DNA of 64,000 nucleotides from an uncultured Lachnospiraceae bacterium. Lineage in GTDB: Bacteria; Bacillota; Clostridia; Oscillospirales; CAG-272. Below the pieces are notes generated by a model. That model ran no database searches. It was not told where the DNA came from and worked only from the letters and a program-made list of their open reading frames with translations. Location: assembly GCA_964564225.1 (NCBI GenBank), contig CAZMAF010000001.1:12980-76979 (forward strand). The letters run 5' to 3'. This document shows positions 18,392 through 26,282 of this stretch, piece by piece. Made by a program: the position numbers and the translations under genes. Position 1 is the stretch's first letter; every line of letters starts with the position of its first letter.

Positions 18392-20416
18392 TTATTTTTG
18401 ATCGTTTTTGGTATAGACGAGGCTTCCCTCGATCTTTTCGACTTTGATTGCCCTTACCTCAAAGTAATCGAAAAGCGAAAATTGCCATTCGATCGGATAG
18501 GAGTCGAGGTAGCGGAAGATTTTGTGCATAATTTCGTCACGTTTCTGATCTGTACCGCCGTAAAAATGAACGATGAAAGCGCTTGTGAAAAAGTTTTCCG
18601 AAACCGTCTTTCTGACGAGGTAGATATTTTCGATAATATTTTCTCCGACCGAGAGAATGAACCTTACGATTTCTTCGCGCATTTCGTCCGGCATTGTGTC
18701 ACGCGAGAGTTTATCGCCTTTTTCAAGATAACCCGCTTTATCGTCCTCGTCCTTGTTTTTCTGTGTGAGCGCGAGGGCGCGGCTTCGGTAGTCGGAAAGC
18801 GCTTTTTCTCTGCCTGTAATACAGCAGAACAGCCCAATCAGCGAAAGACCGTCCTCTAAATAGTTGTGATTGTTTTCGATGGCGTGATAGATGTAGTCAA
18901 GCCCTTGTTCATCGTAGCGGTAGAGAAGGTAACAGCCTTTTGTGAAGTATGCCTGATATGCGGAGGCGTCGGGCAGGGTTTCGATCGCTTCGTCACAAAG
19001 CGTTTCGGCATCGTGAAAACGGCAGAGCGATTCGAGCGCTTCGATTACGTCAGCATAGTTTTCAGCGAGGATCGGTTTTCCTTCTGCTTCCCATGCGGTC
19101 ACGTCTTTCAGCGGATCAAGATAGCGTTTCTGACGGTCATCGGCGTAGGTTTTTTCGCGCGCTTCAAAAATTGTCTGTTCTGCGGCTGCCAGCGCTTTGT
19201 TAAGCTCGTTTTGATATGCGGGGTTGTTTTCGGAAAACAGCGGTTTAATATCCTGTATGCCAAAGCTATCAAGGCGCATTCTGAGGGTGGGGTGCGTTGC
19301 GTTATTGGCAATGATTTCAAGGGCAATCATTGCATTCCAATCGTTCTTGCGTGTGGCGATCGCTTGCTGCAAACGGTTAAGATGAGTTTTGATATAATCG
19401 GACGTCGGGCTTTCAGCTTGATAGAGGGGGATTTCATCGACGGCGTTGCTTTCAAAGCGATAGAAATTTTCGTATTCGAGCTTGATGAGTGCTGAGGCGG
19501 CAATTTCGGCAGAGGTGTTTCGGGACATTGCGCTGTCGGCATCGTTTTCCTCCAAAATCGCACTCGCGTACTGATATACGTTGTAATAGAGAGCGTAGGG
19601 AAGGTCAAAGAGCAAAAAGAAACCGGAAAGACGGTCGGCGCGCTCGTCGCCGTAAGGGGAAATCCCTATTCTTTCGTAATGGTCTTTTTCGGTAAACCGT
19701 CTTTTATGCTTGTCGGTGACGTGTGCGAACTCGTGCAGGAGGATGGCATACAGTTCATCTTCTGACAAAAGATGAAGCAGTAGAATGCCGAGCGTTAAAA
19801 AACAGCGGTTTTGATCGGTGACGATCGAGGCGTTGGCATCGTAGGCGAGAACGGTTATTACTTCTTGGTTTACGTCGAGTGCCTTTTTTGCGCGTTCGAT
19901 CTGTGTGTGCAGGACAGGATAGTCCTCCTTTGACAGTACGGTGGTGGTTTCGCTGATGGAAAGTTCCTTTTTTTGCGGTATACGCGCGCCGGCGGCAAGA
20001 AATAAAATGCCGCCGCCGAGGATACCAACGGCAAGGAAAGCTTTGCTGAGGAAATAAAGCATACCGCCCGAAAAGGCAAGCGCTATGGCGATCAGGGCAA
20101 GGAGCAGTGTATAGACGGTGACTGACACGCGGAGCGTTTTCAGCTTTTTCAGAAGTGTGTTTGCCGATTCTTTTGCTTTCTCACGGTGCTTCAGAAGATA
20201 GCTTTGCCCTTCAGCAATCTTTGTGTTATGAAGCTTTGCGAAAAGGGTTTTGGCAAAAATCGTATGTAGGATATAGAGAATGGCGGAAAGTGAGAGGGTC
20301 AGAATAAAAGAGGTGAGCGCTACGGCTTGAGTTTCGGGATATGCCGTGCTGAGCGCGATACCGCCAAGAGAGATGAGAAAGGAAAAGAGCAGACTTAAAA
20401 TAATTGGTTTTTTCAT
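18392..20416 (-). CDS. Membrane-anchored M48-family (HtpX/Ste24-like) zinc metallopeptidase with long helical C-terminal extension
   Basis: HEFAH zinc motif (LLHEFAHVTDKH). About 4 N-terminal TM helices. The ATG at 20416 has GAGGA upstream; the ORF track starts at TTG 20428. Confidence 0.8.
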   Translation of the reverse strand: MKKPIILSLLFSFLISLGGIALSTAYPETQAVALTSFILTLSLSAILYILHTIFAKTLFAKLHNTKIAEGQSYLLKHREKAKESANTLLKKLKTLRVSVTVYTLLLALIAIALAFSGGMLYFLSKAFLAVGILGGGILFLAAGARIPQKKELSISETTTVLSKEDYPVLHTQIERAKKALDVNQEVITVLAYDANASIVTDQNRCFLTLGILLLHLLSEDELYAILLHEFAHVTDKHKRRFTEKDHYERIGISPYGDERADRLSGFFLLFDLPYALYYNVYQYASAILEENDADSAMSRNTSAEIAASALIKLEYENFYRFESNAVDEIPLYQAESPTSDYIKTHLNRLQQAIATRKNDWNAMIALEIIANNATHPTLRMRLDSFGIQDIKPLFSENNPAYQNELNKALAAAEQTIFEAREKTYADDRQKRYLDPLKDVTAWEAEGKPILAENYADVIEALESLCRFHDAETLCDEAIETLPDASAYQAYFTKGCYLLYRYDEQGLDYIYHAIENNHNYLEDGLSLIGLFCCITGREKALSDYRSRALALTQKNKDEDDKAGYLEKGDKLSRDTMPDEMREEIVRFILSVGENIIENIYLVRKTVSENFFTSAFIVHFYGGTDQKRDEIMHKIFRYLDSYPIEWQFSLFDYFEVRAIKVEKIEGSLVYTKNDQK

Positions 20417-20452
20417 AAAAGTCCTCAACGTGTGGATAAGGTATATAGATAC

Positions 20453-20481
20453 AGTATAGCGAAAAAATAGTGAAAAAGCAA
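20453..20481 (-). promoter_or_regulatory. Candidate promoter of the M48 operon
   Basis: On the minus strand, TTGCTT-17 nt-TATACT. Confidence 0.4.
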
Positions 20482-20513
20482 GAGGAAAAATGCGTTTTAT
20501 GGCATTTTTCCTC
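20472..20513 (-). terminator. 12-bp hairpin with T-rich tail (minus strand)
   Basis: GAGGAAAAATGC / GCATTTTTCCTC perfect stem, followed on the minus strand by TTGCTTTTT. Confidence 0.5.
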
Positions 20514-20567
20514 TGATATAACGATTTATAAAAGACAGATCATCAATATGAGGTGTTGCATTTCATT

Positions 20568-20697
20568 AAGCCGCAGGAGAGGATGCGTTATGCACGCTAA
20601 AGCGTGATGAGATATTGCCCCGCAGGGGCTGATGAGATGCCCCGCACGTTGTCTTGTGATGATATACCAAGCCGAAGGCTTGAAGCCTGCGGCTTGG
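20568..20697. ncRNA. Candidate structured RNA or repeat element of unknown class
   Basis: A 10-bp long-range helix (AAGCCGCAGG / CCTGCGGCTT) encloses three short GC hairpins and three copies of TGATGA(G/T)AT spaced 25-27 nt apart. Terminator hairpins flank it on both sides. Confidence 0.25.
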
Positions 20698-20703
20698 AAA
20701 AAC

Positions 20704-20743
20704 AAAAACCGAACATTTGTCGGTAGACAAATGTTCGGTTTTT
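20704..20743. terminator. Bidirectional terminator downstream of tRNA-Tyr
   Basis: AAAAACCGAACATTTGTC-ggta-GACAAATGTTCGGTTTTT. Confidence 0.85.
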
Positions 20744-20745
20744 GT

Positions 20746-20830
20746 TGGTGGGGGAAGGTGGATTCGGACCACCGAAAGCGAAGCTAACAGATTTACAGTC
20801 TGCCCCCTTTGGCCACTCGGGAATTCCCCC
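20746..20830 (-). tRNA. tRNA-Tyr (GUA), long variable arm, CCA encoded
   Basis: 85 nt. Acceptor GGGGGAA/TTCCCCC, anticodon loop CTGTAAA, T-loop GGTCCGAATCC. Confidence 0.95.
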
Positions 20831-20833
20831 ATA

Positions 20834-20908
20834 TGGAGCTGGTGAACGGAGTCGAACCATCAACCTGCTGATTACAAATCAGCTGCTCTGCCATTGAGCC
20901 ACACCAGC
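20834..20908 (-). tRNA. tRNA-Thr (UGU), CCA encoded
   Basis: 75 nt. Acceptor GCTGGTG/CACCAGC, anticodon loop TTTGTAA, T-loop GGTTCGACTCC. Confidence 0.95.
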
Positions 20909-20941
20909 GTGCAAGGCTCCGTTCTTTCAACGGCACGATTG

Positions 20942-20970
20942 ATTATAGCATAACAAAATCGGTTTGTCAA
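20942..20970 (-). promoter_or_regulatory. Promoter of the tRNA-Thr/tRNA-Tyr operon
   Basis: On the minus strand, TTGACA-17 nt-TATAAT, about 30 nt upstream of the tRNA-Thr 5' end. Confidence 0.75.
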
Positions 20971-21057
20971 TACTTATTTTGAAAAAAGTTATATTTTTTT
21001 ATTTTTATTTTTGAGAAAAAAACAAGAAAGAAAACGGAGTGAAAGGTATGAAAACTA

Positions 21058-21086
21058 TTGCAAAATTACCGATTTTGTGGTATACT
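21058..21086 (+). promoter_or_regulatory. nadE promoter
   Basis: TTGCAA-17 nt-TATACT with a TG-extended -10. Confidence 0.6.
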
Positions 21087-21118
21087 GTAGTAACAGTATT
21101 TCATATTCGGAGGTTTTT

Positions 21119-21853
21119 ATGATGTTTGATGCTAAAAAGACAAAGGACGCTTGTGTTCAGTGGATTTGCGATTGGTTTGAAGCAAACGGTAAGGGCTGTA
21201 ATGCCGTGCTTGGCATTTCGGGCGGTAAAGATTCCTCGATTGCCGCGGCGCTCTGCGTAGAGGCTCTTGGCAAGGAGCGTGTGATCGGCGTTCTGATGCC
21301 CAACGGCGAGCAGAGCGATATTGATTGTTCCTATCAGCTTGTCAATCATCTCGGCATTGAGCATTATGTTGTGAATATCAAGGATGCTTACGATGGCGTT
21401 CTTAACAATTTTCCGAAAGAGCTTGCTATCAGTGAGCAGACGCGCGTCAATCTTGCGCCTCGCGTACGTATGACGACACTTTATGCTATTTCACAGAGTC
21501 GCAACGGACGTGTTGTGAATACCTGCAATTGGAGTGAGAATTATGTCGGTTATTCGACGCGCTACGGCGATGATGCGGGTGATTTCTCTCCTCTCGGCAA
21601 GCTGACGGTTAAGGAAGTGCTTGAAATCGGTTTTCTGCTTGATCTGCCTGAAAATCTTGTAACAAAAGTACCTGCCGACGGACTTTGCGGCAAGACCGAT
21701 GAGGATAATCTCGGATTTACTTATGCCGCGCTTGATGAGTATATTCGTACCGGTGTTTGCGAAAATGCTGCATACAAGGCGCGTATTGATACCTTGCACG
21801 AAAGAAATCTCTTTAAACTCAGGACTATTCCTTGCTTTGAGCCTGAGGTGTAA
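21119..21853 (+). CDS. nadE: NH3-dependent NAD+ synthetase
   Basis: Start moved to ATG 21119 (GGAGG upstream). PP-loop SGGKDS. Confidence 0.9.
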   Translation: MMFDAKKTKDACVQWICDWFEANGKGCNAVLGISGGKDSSIAAALCVEALGKERVIGVLMPNGEQSDIDCSYQLVNHLGIEHYVVNIKDAYDGVLNNFPKELAISEQTRVNLAPRVRMTTLYAISQSRNGRVVNTCNWSENYVGYSTRYGDDAGDFSPLGKLTVKEVLEIGFLLDLPENLVTKVPADGLCGKTDEDNLGFTYAALDEYIRTGVCENAAYKARIDTLHERNLFKLRTIPCFEPEV

Positions 21854-21888
21854 GGTTCGTTTCGGGTATACGTTGCTATCATTTTGAT

Positions 21889-21925
21889 AAAAAAGCAGAG
21901 AACATGATGGTTCTCTGCTTTTTAT
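21889..21925 (+). terminator. Terminator after nadE
   Basis: AAAAAAGCAGAGAAC-atgatg-GTTCTCTGCTTTTT. Confidence 0.8.
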
Positions 21926-21957
21926 GGTGTTCAGATCATATGAATATGCTTGCTTAC

Positions 21958-22197
21958 TCACGGCTTCAATTTGATCTGAAGCCGGAAGGCGTAAATACCA
22001 ACGGTAACGATTCGGAAAAGCAGCCATTTAATGTAATTGCCGAAGAGTTGACCGCCGTTTCCGTCAAAAGTCAACTGATGACCGTCAATGGTGGTGTGTT
22101 TTACGTATCAGGACTCTTTTAAGCAAATTGCCTACGGAGCGGCGATTCCGAGGGTAAACGCGATAAGGAGTTCTTGGAAAATGTCGATACTGATCAT
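21958..22197 (-). pseudogene. Possible frame-disrupted relic of a DUF898/YjgN-like membrane protein
   Basis: Two short minus-strand frames: MISIDIFQELLIAFTLGIAAP-stop, and ...LTFDGNGGQLFGNYIKWLLFRIVTVGIYAFRL...-stop. Both resemble the FxGxGxxxF...LLxIxTLGIY repeat. There is no intact ORF. Confidence 0.3.
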
Positions 22198-22283
22198 GAC
22201 GAGTAAGCCGCCTGTAAATTTGGATGATCGTTGGGTGCGGTATAAAATTATTTAAAAAAATAAAAAAAATTTATCATAAATAC

Positions 22284-22312
22284 TTGACAAATTGGTTTTC
22301 CTTTGTTATAAT
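22284..22312 (+). promoter_or_regulatory. Promoter of tRNA-Thr(GGU)
   Basis: TTGACA-17 nt-TATAAT, 16 nt upstream of the tRNA. Confidence 0.75.
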
Positions 22313-22328
22313 GGTCAAGCATTGTGAT

Positions 22329-22404
<76 letters not shown>

Positions 22405-22438
22405 GAAAAAAAGCACTTCGTAAGAGGTGCTTTTTGTT
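22405..22438 (+). terminator. Short terminator after tRNA-Thr(GGU)
   Basis: AAAAAAGCAC-ttcgtaagag-GTGCTTTTTGTTTT. Confidence 0.6.
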
Positions 22439-22805
22439 TTGGGAATGAAGCGCACTGATTCACATGAATAGAGTTGCGAAGCAACTCATGAAGCAGGGCT
22501 ACGTCTTCGGAAGCGAGCCTTCGGCGCAAGGAAAGGTTTGCGTGCGCTTCGCTTCATATGAGCGGAAAATGCGGAGCAATTCGCGAGTGCTTCGCGGCGC
22601 AACGCGCCGCTTATGCTTTATATTGAAAACAAAGCTTTTTAAGTATGTTCAAGGCGGCGTTTTTGTCAAGACAAGCTCCAAACTCCTCAGATTCTGTCTG
22701 AGGCGTTTTTACTTGTGCGCTCCTTGCTCCTCGCTTTTCGTTTTCTGACGTGTGCGATTTTTTGCCGTAAAATCGCGTGACTTTGCGAAAATTGCTCTCG
22801 TTCTC

Positions 22806-22834
22806 TTGACAGTGGAAAAAATTGGTGATATACT
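22806..22834 (+). promoter_or_regulatory. Promoter of the AraC-family gene
   Basis: TTGACA-17 nt-TATACT. Confidence 0.65.
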
Positions 22835-22865
22835 GATAGAAAAGTGAGAAGGTGAGGGGACGGAT

Positions 22866-23732
22866 ATGCTTGATTATCGCTTGGAATTATCAGATGCTTC
22901 CTATATGCGTGTGTATACGCCGGATGCGCTGGCGCTTTCTTTCCCTTTTTGCTTATACGAGGAGGGCTATTTTGAGGCAGGGCGGGAGTATTACACCGTC
23001 CGCGATGCCAAATCGACCTATCTTCTCATGTATACCGTTTCGGGTTCGGGTACGGTGAGGGTGGACGGCAAGCTCCGTCAGCTTTCGGCGGGCTATGCGA
23101 CACTTGTTGATTGCCGTGAAAAGCATGAATTTCGTACAGTGTCGAAAGAGCCCTGGTGCTTTCATTTTGTGCATTTTAATTCCGCGGTGATGGAGGGTTA
23201 CAAAAAGCTTTTGCTCGATGAATTTGACATACGCCGCGTGAGCGAAAAGCTACAGTTTATGCGCTATTTTGAGCGTATTCACACTCTTTCTTCCGAAAAT
23301 AATGTGATGCTTCGCTATGCCTTATTCAGCGATCTTGTGTCAGGACTTCTTCTCGTTCTCGGAAATTCGCAGGGGTCGGCAGAGAGACAGCGCGACGTGG
23401 ATTCCGAGGCGGTACATACTGCTTGCCGTTATATTGAGGAAAATCTTAAAAGCGATATTTCGATTGATCAGCTTGCCTCGCTGGTGCATTTGTCGAAATT
23501 CTATTTTATTCGCTTGTTCAAGCGTCTGATGGGCGTATCGCCCTATCAATACGTGCTGATCACGCGGATCAATTCAGCGAAAAAGCTGCTGATGTCGCCT
23601 GATTTTCGTATCAACGAGATTGCGGATGCCGTCGGTTTTTCCTCTGCGGCTCGCTTTACGAAATTCTTTTCCGAAATGACGGGCATGAGTCCGAGTGAAT
23701 TCAGAAAAAACTCAATTCCGCTTGTGAAGTAA
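22866..23732 (+). CDS. AraC family transcriptional regulator (cupin sensor + HTH)
   Basis: 288 aa. C-terminal double HTH (ISIDQLASLVHLSKFYFIRLFKRLMGVSPYQY ... GFSSAARFTKFF). Confidence 0.9.
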   Translation: MLDYRLELSDASYMRVYTPDALALSFPFCLYEEGYFEAGREYYTVRDAKSTYLLMYTVSGSGTVRVDGKLRQLSAGYATLVDCREKHEFRTVSKEPWCFHFVHFNSAVMEGYKKLLLDEFDIRRVSEKLQFMRYFERIHTLSSENNVMLRYALFSDLVSGLLLVLGNSQGSAERQRDVDSEAVHTACRYIEENLKSDISIDQLASLVHLSKFYFIRLFKRLMGVSPYQYVLITRINSAKKLLMSPDFRINEIADAVGFSSAARFTKFFSEMTGMSPSEFRKNSIPLVK

Positions 23733-23812
23733 CGTTTTGGGGGTACATAGGATATTTACACTATACCAAAATTGCTCTTTCTTTTGCCGTTTTGAATTTC
23801 GCGGTAAAGCAC

Positions 23813-23841
23813 TTGCATTTTTCTTTGAAATCTGCTATACT
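23813..23841 (+). promoter_or_regulatory. Promoter of the XRE-family gene
   Basis: TTGCAT-17 nt-TATACT. Confidence 0.6.
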
Positions 23842-23885
23842 GACGGTAGCAGAAAACGATTTTAGTAGAAAAAGGGGGACGGAGT

Positions 23886-24488
23886 ATGACCGAACTCAAA
23901 AAGACGGTTGCGAAAAATATTGCGACCTTGCGTGTTGCGGCGCATCTGACGCAGTTTGAGCTTGGCGAAAAGCTGAGCTATTCCGATAAAGCCGTGTCCC
24001 GTTGGGAGCGCGGCGAGGCGATTCCCGATGCTTACGTACTGTTGCAGATGGCTGAGATTTTCGGCGTTACGGTCGATTTTATCCTGAGGTCACATGACGA
24101 TGAAGAATTTCTGCCTTGCGAGGAGGATAAGCCGATTGAAAATTCTTCCGGCAAAGTGAAACGGCTTGTGATGCTTTTGTCTTTTCTTGGCGTATGGTCG
24201 CTTGCCCTCGTGGTTTTCGTTGTCAGTGCGTTTTTCTATCGTTATTTTTGGCTTGCGTTTATTTATGCATTGCCCGTTTCCTTTCTTGTCTTGTTTATTT
24301 TTAACTGTCTTTGGGGAAAGCGAAAGCTGGGGGCGATCTATCTGTCGGCTGTTGTGTGGGGGCTTCTTTTGTCCTTGCATCTTACGTTTCTTGCCTATAC
24401 GAATGCCTGGCTTTTTTATCTTATCGGCATTCCTGCGCAGATTATCATTCCGATTGCCTTTTCTTCCTGGCACAGTAAGGCGAAATAA
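23886..24488 (+). CDS. Membrane-tethered XRE-family HTH regulator
   Basis: 200 aa. N-terminal HTH_3 (LTQFELGEKLSYSDKAVSRWERGE) followed by about 4 TM helices. Confidence 0.85.
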   Translation: MTELKKTVAKNIATLRVAAHLTQFELGEKLSYSDKAVSRWERGEAIPDAYVLLQMAEIFGVTVDFILRSHDDEEFLPCEEDKPIENSSGKVKRLVMLLSFLGVWSLALVVFVVSAFFYRYFWLAFIYALPVSFLVLFIFNCLWGKRKLGAIYLSAVVWGLLLSLHLTFLAYTNAWLFYLIGIPAQIIIPIAFSSWHSKAK

Positions 24489-24673
24489 GGCGTTTTCAGG
24501 GACGTTTTGGTCAATTCTCAAAATCTGAGAGTTGTTTATGGCGATCTCTCGGATTTCTTTTTGCTGTTTTTGTAAGTATAGAGTGCTGTATCATGCTTTG
24601 GGGTTGTAATTTTTCTTTTGTCACATATAATAAAAGACGGCAAAAGTTATTTTTTACCTGAAAGGATATTGTT

Positions 24674-25558
24674 ATGAAATCTTACGTAATTACTTGCTGT
24701 TCAACAGTCGATCTTACTCCTGAAGTGTTGCAGTCTCTTGACGTTTCTTATGCGCCGTTTCATTATTATTTGGATTCGACGGCGTTTGAGGACGATTTGT
24801 TTACCTCGCTTTCCGCTTCTTCTTTTTATAAAGCGCTGTCCGACGGCGCATCGCCACGTACCTCGCAGGTCAATGCCGATGAGTTTATCGCCTTTTTCAA
24901 AGGGTTTCTTGAGGCGGGGCAGGATATTCTGCATATCGCGTTTTCGTCCGGCTTGTCGGGGACGGTACAGGCGGCAAGGGTGGCGGCGGACACGCTGTCG
25001 GAAAGCTATCCTGACCGTCGTATTGCGGTTATCGACTCGCTTTCGGCGTCGTCGGGTTATGGGTTGCTTGTGACAATGGCGGCGAATATGCGTCTTGACG
25101 GCAAGGCGTTTGATGACGTTGCCGATTGGGTTGAAAAGAATAAGGGCAAGGTACATCATTGGTTTTTCTCGACAGACCTTACCTTTTACGTGAAGGGGGG
25201 ACGGCTGTCGCGCGTGTCGGGATGGTTCGGGACGGTTCTGAAAATCTGTCCGCTTCTGAATATGGATGCAGCGGGAAAGCTCGTACCCCGTTTTAAACTG
25301 CGTGGTAAAAAGCGTGCGATGGAGGCGGCGTTTGAACAGTTTAAGACGTATGCCGAAGGCGGCGAGGATTATGATGGGCTCTGTTATCTTTCGCATTCCG
25401 ATTGCTATGGCGATGCTCGCGCGCTTGCCGATGCGATTGAAGCTTACGCGCCCCGTCTTTGCGGAAAGATCAGGATTTTTTCAATCGGTCCAACGATCGG
25501 CTGTCATACAGGTCCAGGTACCGTAGCGCTTTTCTTTATGGGAAGTAAACGGGATTAA
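24674..25558 (+). CDS. DegV family fatty-acid-binding protein
   Basis: 294 aa with typical DegV layout (TCCSTVDL..., FSSGLSGT, SHSDC). Confidence 0.9.
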   Translation: MKSYVITCCSTVDLTPEVLQSLDVSYAPFHYYLDSTAFEDDLFTSLSASSFYKALSDGASPRTSQVNADEFIAFFKGFLEAGQDILHIAFSSGLSGTVQAARVAADTLSESYPDRRIAVIDSLSASSGYGLLVTMAANMRLDGKAFDDVADWVEKNKGKVHHWFFSTDLTFYVKGGRLSRVSGWFGTVLKICPLLNMDAAGKLVPRFKLRGKKRAMEAAFEQFKTYAEGGEDYDGLCYLSHSDCYGDARALADAIEAYAPRLCGKIRIFSIGPTIGCHTGPGTVALFFMGSKRD

Positions 25559-25570
25559 AAAACTTCAGAT

Positions 25571-25606
25571 TGACTCAGACCTATAAACAGTCTGAGTCAT
25601 TTTTTT
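25571..25606 (+). terminator. Terminator after degV-family gene
   Basis: TGACTCAGAC-ctataaaca-GTCTGAGTCA followed by T7. Confidence 0.85.
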
Positions 25607-25804
25607 GTAAAACTTTCAGATTATATGGTTTATACACCGTTTTGGTTTTGAAGGTTTTGGACGGGGCTCGGGAAATTTTTTCTGAAAGATTTTTCTGATA
25701 ACTTCTGCTTTATATACTTTATATAAAGGTACGAATTGATATCAAGGTACGAACAGCGCTGTCAGAAACGTTTTCAAAAAAATTGAAAAAATTTTGAAAA
25801 AACC

Positions 25805-25852
25805 TTGACAAGAGGGTTAATCTTTGTTATAATCAAATCAGGAATAATTCCT
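25805..25852 (+). promoter_or_regulatory. perR-rbr promoter with candidate Fur/PerR-type operator
   Basis: TTGACA-17 nt-TATAAT (25805-25833), followed by the palindrome AGGAATAATTCCT (25840-25852) over the predicted transcription start region. Confidence 0.6.
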
Positions 25853-25874
25853 AATCCTAATTTGGGGTGATGAC

Positions 25875-26249
25875 TTGAAATACCTGACCAAGCAGTGTAA
25901 GCTGATCCTCGCGATTATTCAGGAGTATGGCCATATGACTGCTGAGGAGGTATATGCCGAGGCAATCAAGGAGATGCCGAAGATCGCGCTCGGTACAGTC
26001 TACCGCAATTTGAATGAACTTGTGCAGGACGGTATAATTCGTAAGATCCGCGTGGCAGACGGTCCTGATCGTTTTGATAAGACGGTGAAGCCTCACGAAC
26101 ATATTATTTGCTCGGTTTGCGGCGGCGTTTTTGATCTTTTTGTTCCCGGTCTCAATCAATGTCTGGAACGTGCGGTCGGTTCGTGTGATTTTATTTACGA
26201 ATTATCTGTCAACGCAACCTGCCTGCAATGTCGGGCAGCTAAACAATAA
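25875..26249 (+). CDS. perR: Fur family regulator, PerR-like
   Basis: 124 aa with a TTG start. Winged helix (LGTVYRNLNELV) and CxxC pairs (CSVCG, CLQC). It lies directly upstream of rubrerythrin. Confidence 0.8.
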   Translation: MKYLTKQCKLILAIIQEYGHMTAEEVYAEAIKEMPKIALGTVYRNLNELVQDGIIRKIRVADGPDRFDKTVKPHEHIICSVCGGVFDLFVPGLNQCLERAVGSCDFIYELSVNATCLQCRAAKQ

Positions 26250-26282
26250 TATTTAATTTTTAAAATAAGAAGGAGAACTACT

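Noticed and set aside
20629-20636. CUGAUGAG, which matches the hammerhead ribozyme core.
   Set aside because: No stem II followed by CGAAA, and no stem I/III arrangement or cleavage-site triplet, could be placed around it. The motif is more likely part of the repeated TGATGA(G/T)AT unit.
22464-22748. A 94-aa plus-strand ORF in the tRNA-Thr to araC spacer.
   Set aside because: It has no RBS and an Arg/Cys/Phe/Leu-rich low-complexity translation, and it is interrupted by strong hairpins. I treated the region as non-coding.
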